Source: Desulfobacterales bacterium
GTDB lineage: Bacteria; Desulfobacterota; Desulfobacteria; Desulfobacterales; JAFDDL01
Direction of reading: 5' to 3'
NCBI GenBank assembly: GCA_963678885.2
Contig: CAXXFG010000006.1
Location: forward strand, 6,344 to 70,343
DNA: 64,000 bases
The notes under the pieces are model-generated. The model saw only the letters and a program-made list of their open reading frames with translations, was not told the DNA's origin and did no database searches. Position 1 is the stretch's first letter; every line of letters starts with the position of its first letter. Shown here piece after piece: positions 1 to 8,915 of the stretch. A program made the translations under genes and the position numbers.

Positions 1-1236
1 TCCGTTTTGAAGATCAGCAACTGACCTCGTTCTCCGGGCTGGTGATATTCCAGATGCTTTTCAGGCGCATCGGCCTGAAGCAGCGGCTGAAGAGTTGCTT
101 TTCCCACCTGAAGGTTTCGCCGATTTTCGGGCACCATTTGGTCACCATGCTGCTTGTTGTCCACTTGCTCCTGGGATACAGAAGGCTTCGCGAAGCTGAT
201 TACTACCGTGACGATCCCCTCGTGTTACGGCTGATGGGACTTCGCAGAATCCCCAACGTATCCACTGTTTCACGAACGCTCTCCGGTGTGGATCAGCAAG
301 GGATTGAAAACGTGCGGAATTTATCAAAAACGCTTGTGATTGAGGGGCTGCAACGCGAAAACTTCCCGCGATTGACCCTGGATTTTGACGGTTCCGTTCA
401 ATCTACAAAAGGGCATGCAGAAGGGACGGCTGTCGGTTTCAATAAAGCCAAAAAGGGTGCCCGCAGTTATTACCCGTTGTTTTGCACCGTGGCCCAGACC
501 GCACAGTTTTTCGATGTTCACCACAGGCCCGGCAATGTTCATGACTCAAACGGCGCTGTTGAGTTCATGACCGATTGTTTCGAGGCCGTTAAATCTCAGC
601 TACCCGGCATTTTGCTCGAATCACGCATGGATTCGGCATTTTTCAACCAAGATACCCTCACCATGCTGAGCAGGCAGGGGGTCAAATTCACGGCATCGGT
701 TCCTTTTGAAAGGTTCCCACAACTCAAGGGGCTCGTTGAAAGCCGAAAGCGCTGGAATAGAATCGACAAGCAATGGTCCTATTTCGAAGCCGACTGGAAA
801 CCGAAATCCTGGAACCAGTCTTTTCGGTTCATCGTTACCCGAAAGAGGAACAAAACCCAGCGGAAAGGCCCGTTGCAGTTGCAGCTCTTCGAACCTGTTG
901 ATTTCAATTACGATTACAAGGTCATTGTCACCAACAAGCGGGAATCAACCAAAAGCGTCATCCTGTTCCACAATGGCCGCGGGTCCCAGGAGGCGATCTT
1001 CGGCGACGCGAAAAATGATGCCGGCCTTGATATGATCCCATGCAGGCGGCTTGCGGCCAATCAGATTTTCACCCTTAGTGCCATGATGGCCCACAATCTG
1101 TCCCGGGAGATTCAAATGCTGTCCAAACCTTCCACGTCGCGCGCTTTGCCGAAACGGCCCGCCGCCTGGAAGTTTGAAAAACTGGACACGCTCCGCCATC
1201 GAATTATTCAAAGAGCCGGGCGGATAAGCCGCCCCC
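1..1236 (+). pseudogene. IS1380-family DDE transposase gene; 5' end cut by the window edge, 3' end interrupted by a Y1 element
   Basis: nt 1-1236 match nt 6428-7663 of the complete IS copy in register. ORF 42..1316 follows the 495-aa transposase up to RAGRISRP, then reads into the inserted element (tail VSWGRAVASNRHYVGLVVNMPMKSS). Confidence 0.85.
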
Positions 1237-2258
1237 GGGTAAGTTGGGGTCGGGCCGTCGCAAGTAATAGACATTATGTCGGATTGGTGGTAAATATGCC
1301 GATGAAATCGTCTTAATCCATCGATTTTCTGCATAAAATTGTCCAGTTAAGGGGAACGGCAACAATGGCTCGTGCGAAAAGGCACTACATTCCCGGCCAT
1401 GTCTGGCATATCACCCACCGCTGCCATAAGAGAGAATTCCTTCTGAAGTTCCCGAGAGATCGCCGCAGATGGATGGAGTGGCTATATCAGGCAAGAAAGA
1501 GATACGGCGGTTTAAGCGTGTTGGATTATATGGTCACTTCAAACCATGTTCATCTGCTCGTATTTGATAATGGTGGCCGGGATGTTATCCCGGATTCGAT
1601 ACAACTTGTAGCCGGCCGAACGGGACAGGAATACAATATTCGAAAGAAAAGAAAGGGCGCGTTCTGGGAGGACCGATATCATGCGACAGCGGTGGATAGC
1701 GGACGGTATTTAAGACAATGCGTCACCTATATCGACTGAACATGGTGCGTTCCGGCGTGGTAAAGCATCCGTCAGAATGGGAGTGTTGTGGATATAATGA
1801 AATCCAGAATCCCAGGCAGCGGAAAGGAATCATTGATTTTGAACGACTGGAAAAATTGCTGGGGTTTGAAACTTACGACGAATTGAAAACGGCACATTAC
1901 AAATGGGTGGAAAGTGTACTTCAGGCAGAGAGCCATAGCAGAGAAGCCAAGTGGACACAGAGTATCGCAGTCGGGAGCGATACATTTGTTGAGAAGGTGA
2001 AAAATACCCTTGGATTCAGGGCAAGGGGAAGAAAGGCACACCACGTCGGTGAAACTTTTGAGCTTCGTGAAATGCCCGCTGCATATGAAACCGCCAATAG
2101 CCGGACTTTTGAAAACACGTTATTCTGGGACCATTCCCCAACGAATCTAAAACAGGCAGTTTTTACCTGAAAAGTGGTCGATTAGGCCCACTACGAAGGC
2201 CTGTTTTGGTGTAATGCCTCATATTAACAAAGCATTACGGCGGCCCGACCCCAATATC
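1237..2258 (+). mobile_element. HUH/Y1 (IS200/RAYT-like) element, copy 1 (1,022 bp)
   Basis: Left end GGGTAAGTTGGGGTCGGGCCG, right end CGGCCCGACCCCAATATC. A 14-bp terminal inverted repeat TTGGGGTCGGGCCG lies at 1244-1257 and 2241-2254. Two hairpins sit near the right end: AGGCC-n9-GGCCT and GTAATGC-n14-GCATTAC. The unit recurs five more times in the window. Confidence 0.85.
1365..2170 (+). CDS. Y1 (HUH) tyrosine transposase, IS200-like/REP-associated type, split by a frame break
   Basis: ORF 1365..1739 (124 aa) has the HUH motif in SNHVHLLV and the Tyr motif CVTYID, and stops at TGA 1737-1739. ORF 1718..2170 continues in the -1 frame as LNMVRSGVVKHPSEWE. The joined reading YID-LNMVRSG matches the YIxxNPVRAG signature of COG1943/Y1_Tnp proteins. 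RBS AAGGGGA lies upstream. Confidence 0.85.
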
Positions 2259-2332
2259 CATACAATATCCATACGGATGGCCTGTGGAGAATTGAGCTGT
2301 TTTAGATGAAAATGGAGAATAGAATAAGCCCA

Positions 2333-2637
2333 ATGAGGAAAATGGGGGCGGTGCTTCGAAGAAGGCGATTTTTACTCGGACGGAGAAATGGATCTATGGA
2401 ATACTTGCCGTGTTTGCACTCCTTTGGATTATTTCTTCGCCACTCTTCATATATACGGACCCTATAAGGGGAGGGTGTAGAGCTTGAAACAGGAAACCAA
2501 TTTGCGGCGGTATTTATTGAATTTGTCACTGAAGGGCTTTGGGCTGTAGGCGCCTATGGCTTTGACGAAAACGGGGAAACTGGCCCGCCGTCTTTACGTC
2601 CTATTGCAAAATGGAGACCCTATGGATATGTGACAAT
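2333..2637 (+). pseudogene. Degraded copy of cassette gene A (CarboxypepD_reg-like membrane protein), truncated at GYVTI
   Basis: Nucleotide similarity to 3557-3925, including GGAATACTTGCCGTGTTTGC and TATGTGACAAT, but with many indels and stops. It ends abruptly at the IS1380 fragment. Confidence 0.7.
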
Positions 2638-2882
2638 AAAACTGGACACGCTCCGCCATCGAATTATTCAAAGAGCCGGGCGGATAAGCCGCCCCCAAGG
2701 AAAAATCACCCTGACGATAGTAAAACGACACACCCGAGAATCAATCAATTCGCTGGCCGTCAGGAAAGATCTGCATAAAATGCATCAGGCCGTCAGGAAA
2801 GATCTGCTGCATTTTCTCGACGTATTGCAAAAAGCGGCCTGATTTCAGAAGATAAAAACATCTATTTTATGCAACGTTAGGG
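2638..2882 (+). mobile_element. IS1380-family element, 3'-terminal fragment with an internal variant segment
   Basis: 2638-2696 equals 7605-7663, and also 1178-1236. The last ~100 bp equal 7690-7792, including the right end GCAACGTTAGGG. The middle carries a substituted segment with a 20-bp direct repeat GGCCGTCAGGAAAGATCTGC. Confidence 0.8.
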
Positions 2883-3467
2883 TTTAAGAATCAACTTGGC
2901 TTGTCAAAAGGGAAAGATGAAATCCTTTTAGGTGAAGAGGCATGGAAGTGGGTAGAAGAGGGCGGGGAGAGGGAGGACGCTCCTTTTCGTTATGTAAACC
3001 ATTTTCATGACCCTTTGGAAAATTGGGATTCTGCTGGGTTATTCGACCCTGCTGGATCAGGCCTTACCTGCTCATCTCTGGTTTGGGCGCAAGGGACATC
3101 AGAAATCTCAAGTTGGGCCAAAGCAAGGGAGGCATACTATGACGCATTTGAATGGTCCTGGTTCGAGAACACACAAATCGATTTAAGCCCTGAATACTTT
3201 CTGTCTACTACACTGCGAATGTTAGGGCAGCTTATGCATCTCGTCTCGGACGCTGCCGTTCCTGCTCACGTCCGAAATGACGCGCACCCGGCCTTTGGAT
3301 GGATGGCCAAATCTTTGGAAAATGATATGTACGAAAAATGGGCTAGCGAAAACTTCGATAAAGAAGAGGAATACGACAATGATGGCGATAAGATTATCAC
3401 TTATACAGGATACAAGTCGATCCTTCCATATTTTCGCTATACGATGATACCCAGGATTACAGTTTGA
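2883..3467 (+). pseudogene. Cassette gene B, zinc-dependent phospholipase C-like, 5'-truncated by the IS1380 fragment
   Basis: ORF 2901..3467 contains EEGGEREDAPFRYVNHFHDP and HLVSDAAVPAHVRND, which resemble the Zn-ligand motifs HFxDP and HxxxDxxxPxH of the Zn-PLC/S1-P1 fold. There is no N-terminus or signal peptide. Two in-frame stops separate it from the conserved tail HIYFRVDTDGLWRIELF. Confidence 0.65.
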
Positions 3468-3556
3468 ACCTGAAATTTCTGTCACATCTATTTTAGGGTT
3501 GATACGGATGGCCTGTGGAGAATTGAGCTGTTTTAAATGGGAATCGGAGAATCAGC

Positions 3557-4159
3557 ATGGGCAATGATAATACGGAAAACAAGGAAGGCGCACCAAAGAA
3601 GCTTGTGATCTTTACCCGTACGGAAAAGTGGATTTATGGAATACTTGCCGTGTTTGCGCTCCTTTGGATAATTTCTTCTCCGCTCATACACATATATGGG
3701 CCCTATAAGGGTAAGGTGGTAGACCTTGAGACCGGCGCACCCATTGAAGGGGCCGCAGTGTTTATTGAATTTAGTACTGTAGGGATATATAGCTCAAGTG
3801 CCTACGGTGGTGCGACGGAAACAATAACGGACGAAAACGGGGAGTTCAGTATTTTCTGGCGGCCGGTTCTTTCTTTACGTCCCGTCGCCAAATGGAAACC
3901 CAACGGGTATGTGACAATTTTCAAACCTGGGTATGGTGCATATCCGGGGCATGCCGATTCTAAGCCTTTGTTCATTCCGAATGGGTCGATTTCGGAAAAG
4001 AAATACGTAACCATCAACTTGCCAAAACTATGGTCGATTGAAGAAAGAAAGAAAAACCTGAGGAATATATCTATCAGTGGAGATGTTCCAGAGAGGAAAT
4101 ACCAGAAACTCTCAAAGCTCGAAGAGGAGGAAAACAGGTTCGTTTGGCATCGACGATAG
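3557..4159 (+). CDS. Cassette gene A: N-terminally anchored CarboxypepD_reg-like (prealbumin-fold) protein
   Basis: 200 aa with one hydrophobic helix (WIYGILAVFALLWIISSPLI), then GKVVDLETGAPIEGAAV and TDENGEF, typical of carboxypeptidase-regulatory-like domains. Paralogues at 5514, 7873 and 13345. RBS GGAG upstream. Confidence 0.75.
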   Translation: MGNDNTENKEGAPKKLVIFTRTEKWIYGILAVFALLWIISSPLIHIYGPYKGKVVDLETGAPIEGAAVFIEFSTVGIYSSSAYGGATETITDENGEFSIFWRPVLSLRPVAKWKPNGYVTIFKPGYGAYPGHADSKPLFIPNGSISEKKYVTINLPKLWSIEERKKNLRNISISGDVPERKYQKLSKLEEEENRFVWHRR

Positions 4160-4260
4160 TCCGAAATGGATGGCAAATTGGGATATTTCGAAGACAATAC
4201 AAATATTGGGCAAATAATGCTGGAGGAATATATGATGGGTTTCTTGTACAGGGCCTTAGA

Positions 4261-5272
4261 GGGTAAGTTGGGGTCGAGGGTAAGTTGGGGTCGGGCCGTC
4301 GCAAGTAATAGACATTATGTCGGATTGGTGGTAAATATGCCGATGAAATCGTCTTAATCCACCGATTTTCTGCATAAAATTGTCCAGTTAAGGGGAGCGG
4401 CAACAATGGCTCGTGCGAAAAGGCACTACATTCCCGGCCATGTCTGGCATATCACCCACCGCTGCCATAAGAGAGAATTCCTTCTGAAGTTCCCGAGAGA
4501 TCGCCGCAGATGGATGGAGTGGCTATATCAGGCAAGAAAGAGATACGGCGGTTTAAGCGTGTTGGATTATATGGTCACTTCAAACCATGTTCATCTGCTC
4601 GTATTTGATAATGGTGGCCGGGATGTTATCCCGGATTCGATACAACTTGTAGCCGGCCGAACGGGACAGGAATACAATATTCGAAAGAAAAGAAAGGGCG
4701 CGTTCTGGGAGGACCGATATCATGCGACAGCGGTGGATAGCGGACGGTATTTAAGACAATGCATCACCTATATCGACTGAACATGGTGCGTTCCGGCGTG
4801 GTAAAGCATCCGTCAGAATGGGAGTGTTGTGGATATAATGAAATCCAGAATCCCAGGCAGCGGAAAGGAATCATTGATTTTGAACGACTGGAAAAATTGC
4901 TGGGGTTTGAAACTTACGACGAATTGAAAACGGCACATTACAAATGGGTGGAAAGTGTACTTCAGGCAGAGAGCCATAGCAGAGAAGCCAAGTGGACACA
5001 GAGTATCGCAGTCGGGAGCGATACATTCGTTGAGAAGGTGAAAAATACCTTTGGATTCAGGGCAAGGGGAAGAAAGGCACACCACGTCGGTGAAACTTTT
5101 GAGCTTCGTGAAATGCCCGCTGCATATGAAACCGCCAATAGCCGGACTTTTGAAAACACGTTATTCTGGGACCATTCCCCAACGAATCTAAAACAGGCAG
5201 TTTTTACCTGAAAAGTGGTCGATTAGGCCCACTACGAAGGCCTGTTTTGGTGTAATGCCTGACCCCAATATC
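4261..5272 (+). mobile_element. HUH/Y1 element, copy 2 (stuttered left end, 27-bp deletion at the right end)
   Basis: A partial left end GGGTAAGTTGGGGTCGA (4261-4277) is followed by the full left end from 4278. The right end reads GTAATGCCT-GACCCCAATATC, so it lacks CATATTAACAAAGCATTACGGCGGCCC, i.e. the hairpin 3' arm and half of the inverted repeat. Confidence 0.85.
4406..5211 (+). CDS. Y1 transposase, copy 2, same frame break
   Basis: ORFs 4406..4780 and 4759..5211. Near-identical to copy 1 (differences seen: CITYID vs CVTYID, NTFGF vs NTLGF). Stop TGA at 4778-4780 in the same position. Confidence 0.85.
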
Positions 5273-5451
5273 GCCCTTCAGGAAACCTCACGCAAATAGC
5301 CGCTGATATGCAGGACATTGAACTGATATATGTACATGAAGATTTCGCAAAATACCGCCTCCGCAAACAGACGGTTATAGATGGTCAGACAATGAACATT
5401 ACATACTATATCTATTTTAGGGTTGATGTGGATGGGATTTGGCGGATGTAG
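5273..5451 (+). pseudogene. 3' fragment of a cassette B gene (conserved C-terminal tail)
   Basis: Open frame PSGNLTQIAADMQDIELIYVHEDFAKYRLRKQTVIDGQTMNITYYIYFRVDVDGIWRM-stop. The tail motif YY(I/V)YF..D.(D/Y)G(L/I)W(R/K)(I/M) recurs ~30-65 bp upstream of each A gene (3486-3537, 7793-7842, 9934-10050). It starts directly at the element's right end. Confidence 0.5.
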
Positions 5452-5513
5452 CAATTCTAAACCAAAGTCAAGATACTGTGTAAAACAACGATCCATGAGA
5501 GGATATAGGCAAT

Positions 5514-6116
5514 ATGGAAGAAAAAAAACGTTTTTCAATCAAGGCGCATCTCGACGATTATTTCGAAAAAATATGGAAGGGGTTTAAAAAGCATCCTTTT
5601 TTATACTCGGTGGTGGTGTTGATTGTCTGTGTGACAGCGATCGTACACCCGTTCGGACCGTACCGGGGGAAGGTTGTCGACTTAGAAACCGGGGCGCCTA
5701 TTGAAGGTGCGGCCGTCCTGATCGTTTTCTTTACGGAAACGTTTTTTTCGGTCACCTCTTATGCCGATGCTGTTGAAACGGTAACGGATGAAAAGGGCGA
5801 ATTCAGGATTTGGTGGAGACTTGCCACAACGTTCCATCCTCTCAACAAATGGAAGCCTGATGGGTATGTCACCATCTTCAAGCCGGGGTATGGAGCATAT
5901 CCGGGGCATGATGACGTGTCTCCGATGTTTGTGCCGAACGGAACCATTCCTGAAAGCCAATATGTAACCTTCAGGCTGCCGAGGTTGGTGACGGTTGAGG
6001 AAAGAAAAAAAAACATGTGGAGCGTATGGCCATGTGCCGATGTTTCTAAAAGTAAAACTAAATATTTATCTGAGCTCTTAGACGAAGAAAGGGCCAATAT
6101 CGGTTTGATAGATTGA
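5514..6116 (+). CDS. Cassette gene A paralogue (CarboxypepD_reg-like membrane-anchored protein)
   Basis: 200 aa with TM helix FLYSVVVLIVCVTAIV, then GKVVDLETGAPIEGAAV, TDEKGEF and FKPGYGAYPGH. Same architecture as 3557..4159. Confidence 0.75.
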   Translation: MEEKKRFSIKAHLDDYFEKIWKGFKKHPFLYSVVVLIVCVTAIVHPFGPYRGKVVDLETGAPIEGAAVLIVFFTETFFSVTSYADAVETVTDEKGEFRIWWRLATTFHPLNKWKPDGYVTIFKPGYGAYPGHDDVSPMFVPNGTIPESQYVTFRLPRLVTVEERKKNMWSVWPCADVSKSKTKYLSELLDEERANIGLID

Positions 6117-6149
6117 GTATATGAAATAAACATCAAGGGGGGATGGCCA

Positions 6150-6256
6150 ATGCGACAGGTTGTTTTATGTTTCACAGTTGCAATAATATCATTCTTTTTG
6201 TTTTTTAAGATGGATTTGTTTGCATATAACGCTAAAACAACTCACCGTAGAATAAA
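6150..6256 (+). pseudogene. 5' fragment of a cassette B gene (signal peptide plus first Zn-PLC motif), cut by IS1380
   Basis: Reads MRQVVLCFTVAIISFFLFFKMDLFAYNAKTTHRRIN, then the IS left end. It parallels GYNGKTTHREINKSAA (8471 ORF) and GYNDETTHRIINISAA (13970 ORF). Confidence 0.6.
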
Positions 6257-7792
6257 CCCTGTAGTTGCATAAAAAAGTGGGGGTTATGGAAGTAAAAAGC
6301 TTGCGGAGGCCCGAGAATAGTGAGTATAAAGTGTTTGGGAAAACAAAAATACGACTATTCAGGAGGCCACCGCAAGTGAAGTCCAGTAAAGCACAAACTC
6401 ATGCAAAATTCCACAGAATTCCGGCAATCCGTTTTGAAGATCAGCAACTGACCTCGTTCTCCGGGCTGGTGATATTCCAGATGCTTTTCAGGCGCATCGG
6501 CCTGAAGCAGCGGCTGAAGAGTTGCTTTTCCCACCTGAAGGTTTCGCCGATTTTCGGGCACCATTTGGTCACCATGCTGCTTGTTGTCCACTTGCTCCTG
6601 GGATACAGAAGGCTTCGCGAAGCTGATTACTACCGTGACGATCCCCTCGTGTTACGGCTGATGGGACTTCGCAGAATCCCCAACGTATCCACTGTTTCAC
6701 GAACGCTCTCCGGTGTGGATCAGCAAGGGATTGAAAACGTGCGGAATTTATCAAAAACGCTTGTGATTGAGGGGCTGCAACGCGAAAACTTCCCGCGATT
6801 GACCCTGGATTTTGACGGTTCCGTTCAATCTACAAAAGGGCATGCAGAAGGGACGGCTGTCGGTTTCAATAAAGCCAAAAAGGGTGCCCGCAGTTATTAC
6901 CCGTTGTTTTGCACCGTGGCCCAGACCGCACAGTTTTTCGATGTTCACCACAGGCCCGGCAATGTTCATGACTCAAACGGCGCTGTTGAGTTCATGACCG
7001 ATTGTTTCGAGGCCGTTAAATCTCAGCTACCCGGCATTTTGCTCGAATCACGCATGGATTCGGCATTTTTCAACCAAGATACCCTCACCATGCTGAGCAG
7101 GCAGGGGGTCAAATTCACGGCATCGGTTCCTTTTGAAAGGTTCCCACAACTCAAGGGGCTCGTTGAAAGCCGAAAGCGCTGGAATAGAATCGACAAGCAA
7201 TGGTCCTATTTCGAAGCCGACTGGAAACCGAAATCCTGGAACCAGTCTTTTCGGTTCATCGTTACCCGAAAGAGGAACAAAACCCAGCGGAAAGGCCCGT
7301 TGCAGTTGCAGCTCTTCGAACCTGTTGATTTCAATTACGATTACAAGGTCATTGTCACCAACAAGCGGGAATCAACCAAAAGCGTCATCCTGTTCCACAA
7401 TGGCCGCGGGTCCCAGGAGGCGATCTTCGGCGACGCGAAAAATGATGCCGGCCTTGATATGATCCCATGCAGGCGGCTTGCGGCCAATCAGATTTTCACC
7501 CTTAGTGCCATGATGGCCCACAATCTGTCCCGGGAGATTCAAATGCTGTCCAAACCTTCCACGTCGCGCGCTTTGCCGAAACGGCCCGCCGCCTGGAAGT
7601 TTGAAAAACTGGACACGCTCCGCCATCGAATTATTCAAAGAGCCGGGCGGATAAGCCGCCCCCAAGGAAAAATCACCCTGACGATGAGCGGAAATCAGGC
7701 CGTCAGGAAAGATCTGCTGCATTTTCTCGACGTATTGCAAAAAGCGGCCTGATTTCAGAAGATAAAAACATCTATTTTATGCAACGTTAGGG
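6257..7792 (+). mobile_element. Complete IS1380-family insertion sequence (1,536 bp)
   Basis: Imperfect terminal inverted repeats: CCCTGTAGTTGCATAAAA at 6257-6274 and the complement of 7775-7792, CCCTAACGTTGCATAAAA (15/18 match). A single DDE transposase ORF fills the element. No matching direct repeat is visible at the two flanks. Confidence 0.8.
6286..7752 (+). CDS. IS1380-family DDE transposase
   Basis: The ORF track gives 6265..7752; the first ATG is at 6286 (MEVKSLRR). The sequence (FSGLVIFQ...LDFDGSVQSTKGHAEGTAVGFNKAKKGARSYYPLFC...HRPGNVHDSNGAVEF) fits my recollection of IS1380-type transposases. The family assignment is from memory. Confidence 0.8.
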   Translation: MEVKSLRRPENSEYKVFGKTKIRLFRRPPQVKSSKAQTHAKFHRIPAIRFEDQQLTSFSGLVIFQMLFRRIGLKQRLKSCFSHLKVSPIFGHHLVTMLLVVHLLLGYRRLREADYYRDDPLVLRLMGLRRIPNVSTVSRTLSGVDQQGIENVRNLSKTLVIEGLQRENFPRLTLDFDGSVQSTKGHAEGTAVGFNKAKKGARSYYPLFCTVAQTAQFFDVHHRPGNVHDSNGAVEFMTDCFEAVKSQLPGILLESRMDSAFFNQDTLTMLSRQGVKFTASVPFERFPQLKGLVESRKRWNRIDKQWSYFEADWKPKSWNQSFRFIVTRKRNKTQRKGPLQLQLFEPVDFNYDYKVIVTNKRESTKSVILFHNGRGSQEAIFGDAKNDAGLDMIPCRRLAANQIFTLSAMMAHNLSREIQMLSKPSTSRALPKRPAAWKFEKLDTLRHRIIQRAGRISRPQGKITLTMSGNQAVRKDLLHFLDVLQKAA

Positions 7793-7872
7793 TCTATTTC
7801 AGCCGAGATGAATACGGCCTTTGGAAAATTGATAAATACTAAAAAGCTTTCTGGAAACAGGAGGACGCCTAA

Positions 7873-8469
7873 ATGAAAAACCAGCCGGCGTGGAAAACCG
7901 AATTTTCAAAATGGAAAACAATGTTTCGCAACATGCCAGTCAAGTATAAAATTATTTTGCTTATTGCTATTTTGCTTATCAGTGTTTCAGCTATTACTCA
8001 TAAGTTTGGTCCTTACGCAGGAAAGGTGGTTGACATGGAAACTGGCGCTCCTTTGGAAGGGGCCGCAGTCCTTATAAATTTCAGAACCGACGGGATAGAT
8101 ACTTCTGGTGCATACGCGGGTGCTATCGAAACTGCGACGAATAGCAAGGGGGAGTTCAGGATATCAGCTAAAAGATTCTTTGTGTTTTATCCACTGCACC
8201 AATGGAACCCCAATGGCTATGTGATCATCTTTAAACCAGGGTATGGCGTATATCCTGATCATGATGATGTGAGTCCGATATTTATGCCGAATGGTACAAT
8301 GCCTGAAAAACAACATGTTACTTTTAAGTTGCCGAAATTGAAAACGGTTAGCGAAAGAAAGTATAATCTAATGGGAGTATGGTCATTTGGTTCGGTTCCG
8401 GACAGAAAAGCAAAGAATCTGTTAATGCTTATTGGAGAAGAAAGAAAGAATATTGGGCTAAAAGATTGA
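7873..8469 (+). CDS. Cassette gene A paralogue (CarboxypepD_reg-like membrane-anchored protein)
   Basis: 198 aa. Strong RBS AGGAGG seven nt upstream. TM helix IILLIAILLISVSAI, then GKVVDMETGAPLEGAAV. Confidence 0.8.
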   Translation: MKNQPAWKTEFSKWKTMFRNMPVKYKIILLIAILLISVSAITHKFGPYAGKVVDMETGAPLEGAAVLINFRTDGIDTSGAYAGAIETATNSKGEFRISAKRFFVFYPLHQWNPNGYVIIFKPGYGVYPDHDDVSPIFMPNGTMPEKQHVTFKLPKLKTVSERKYNLMGVWSFGSVPDRKAKNLLMLIGEERKNIGLKD

Positions 8470-8494
8470 TTTGTTAAACACAGGGGGGGATACT

Positions 8495-8915
8495 ATGTGG
8501 TATCTTTATAAGGTCTCAGTTGTTTCTTTATTGATAGTATTCATTCTTTCTTCTTCATGTTTATGGGGTTACAACGGAAAAACAACACATCGTGAAATAA
8601 ATAAAAGTGCCGCTATGCGAGATGAAATCGATGAAATTTTTAAAAACCGATTTGGGTTAAAAAACGGGATAGTCCAAAAGTTCCGAGGAAAAGATGCATG
8701 GAGCTGGATGGCAGAAGGCGGTGAAAAAGAAGATGCTGATTTTTCATCTGATGGTGCAGGTATTCGATATCGTAAACATTTCCATGACCCGTTAACTGAG
8801 AATTGGGGGGATGCAGGATTATGGGGGGTATTCGATTCTGCCTTGTTATGGGCATTGTTTGAAGATAGGGTCGGATATCGGAACGGTTTTTCATGGAATT
8901 CAGCACGGTCCCAAG
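8495..8915 (+). pseudogene. Cassette gene B (Zn-phospholipase C-like), 3'-truncated by Y1 element copy 3
   Basis: ORF 8471..8968; the likely ATG at 8495 follows GGGGGGG. It has a signal-like helix, GYNGKTTHREIN, EGGEKEDADF and RKHFHDP. Host sequence ends at ARSQE and the ORF then reads into the element (VGVGPSQVIDIMSDWW). Confidence 0.7.

Noticed and set aside
1237-1316. Recurrent C-terminal peptides VSWGRAVASNRHYVGLVVNMPMKSS and VGVGPSQVIDIMSDWW on five unrelated ORFs, resembling a shared domain
   Set aside because: They are read-through of host frames into the element's left end, which happens to be open in two frames. They are not a real protein module.
1718-1745. Canonical -1 programmed ribosomal frameshift site at the transposase break
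   Set aside because: The junction CTATATCGACTGAACATG has no X_XXY_YYZ heptamer or homopolymer run. Recoding remains only a hypothesis (see findings) and is not an annotated feature.
1237-2258. Idea that the Y1 element is an IStron or other self-splicing insert that leaves host genes functional (all copies are co-oriented with the interrupted genes)
   Set aside because: Only ~128 nt precede and ~88 nt follow the transposase ORFs, too little for a group I or II intron core. I see no intron-like conserved elements. Joining the flanks does not restore any host reading frame.
4166-4260. Short ORF MDGKLGYFEDNTNIGQIMLEEYMMGFLYRALE between A1 and Y1 copy 2, in the position where a B gene should start
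   Set aside because: It has no signal peptide and no similarity to the other B N-termini or to B internal sequence. It cannot be assigned and is probably a scrambled remnant.
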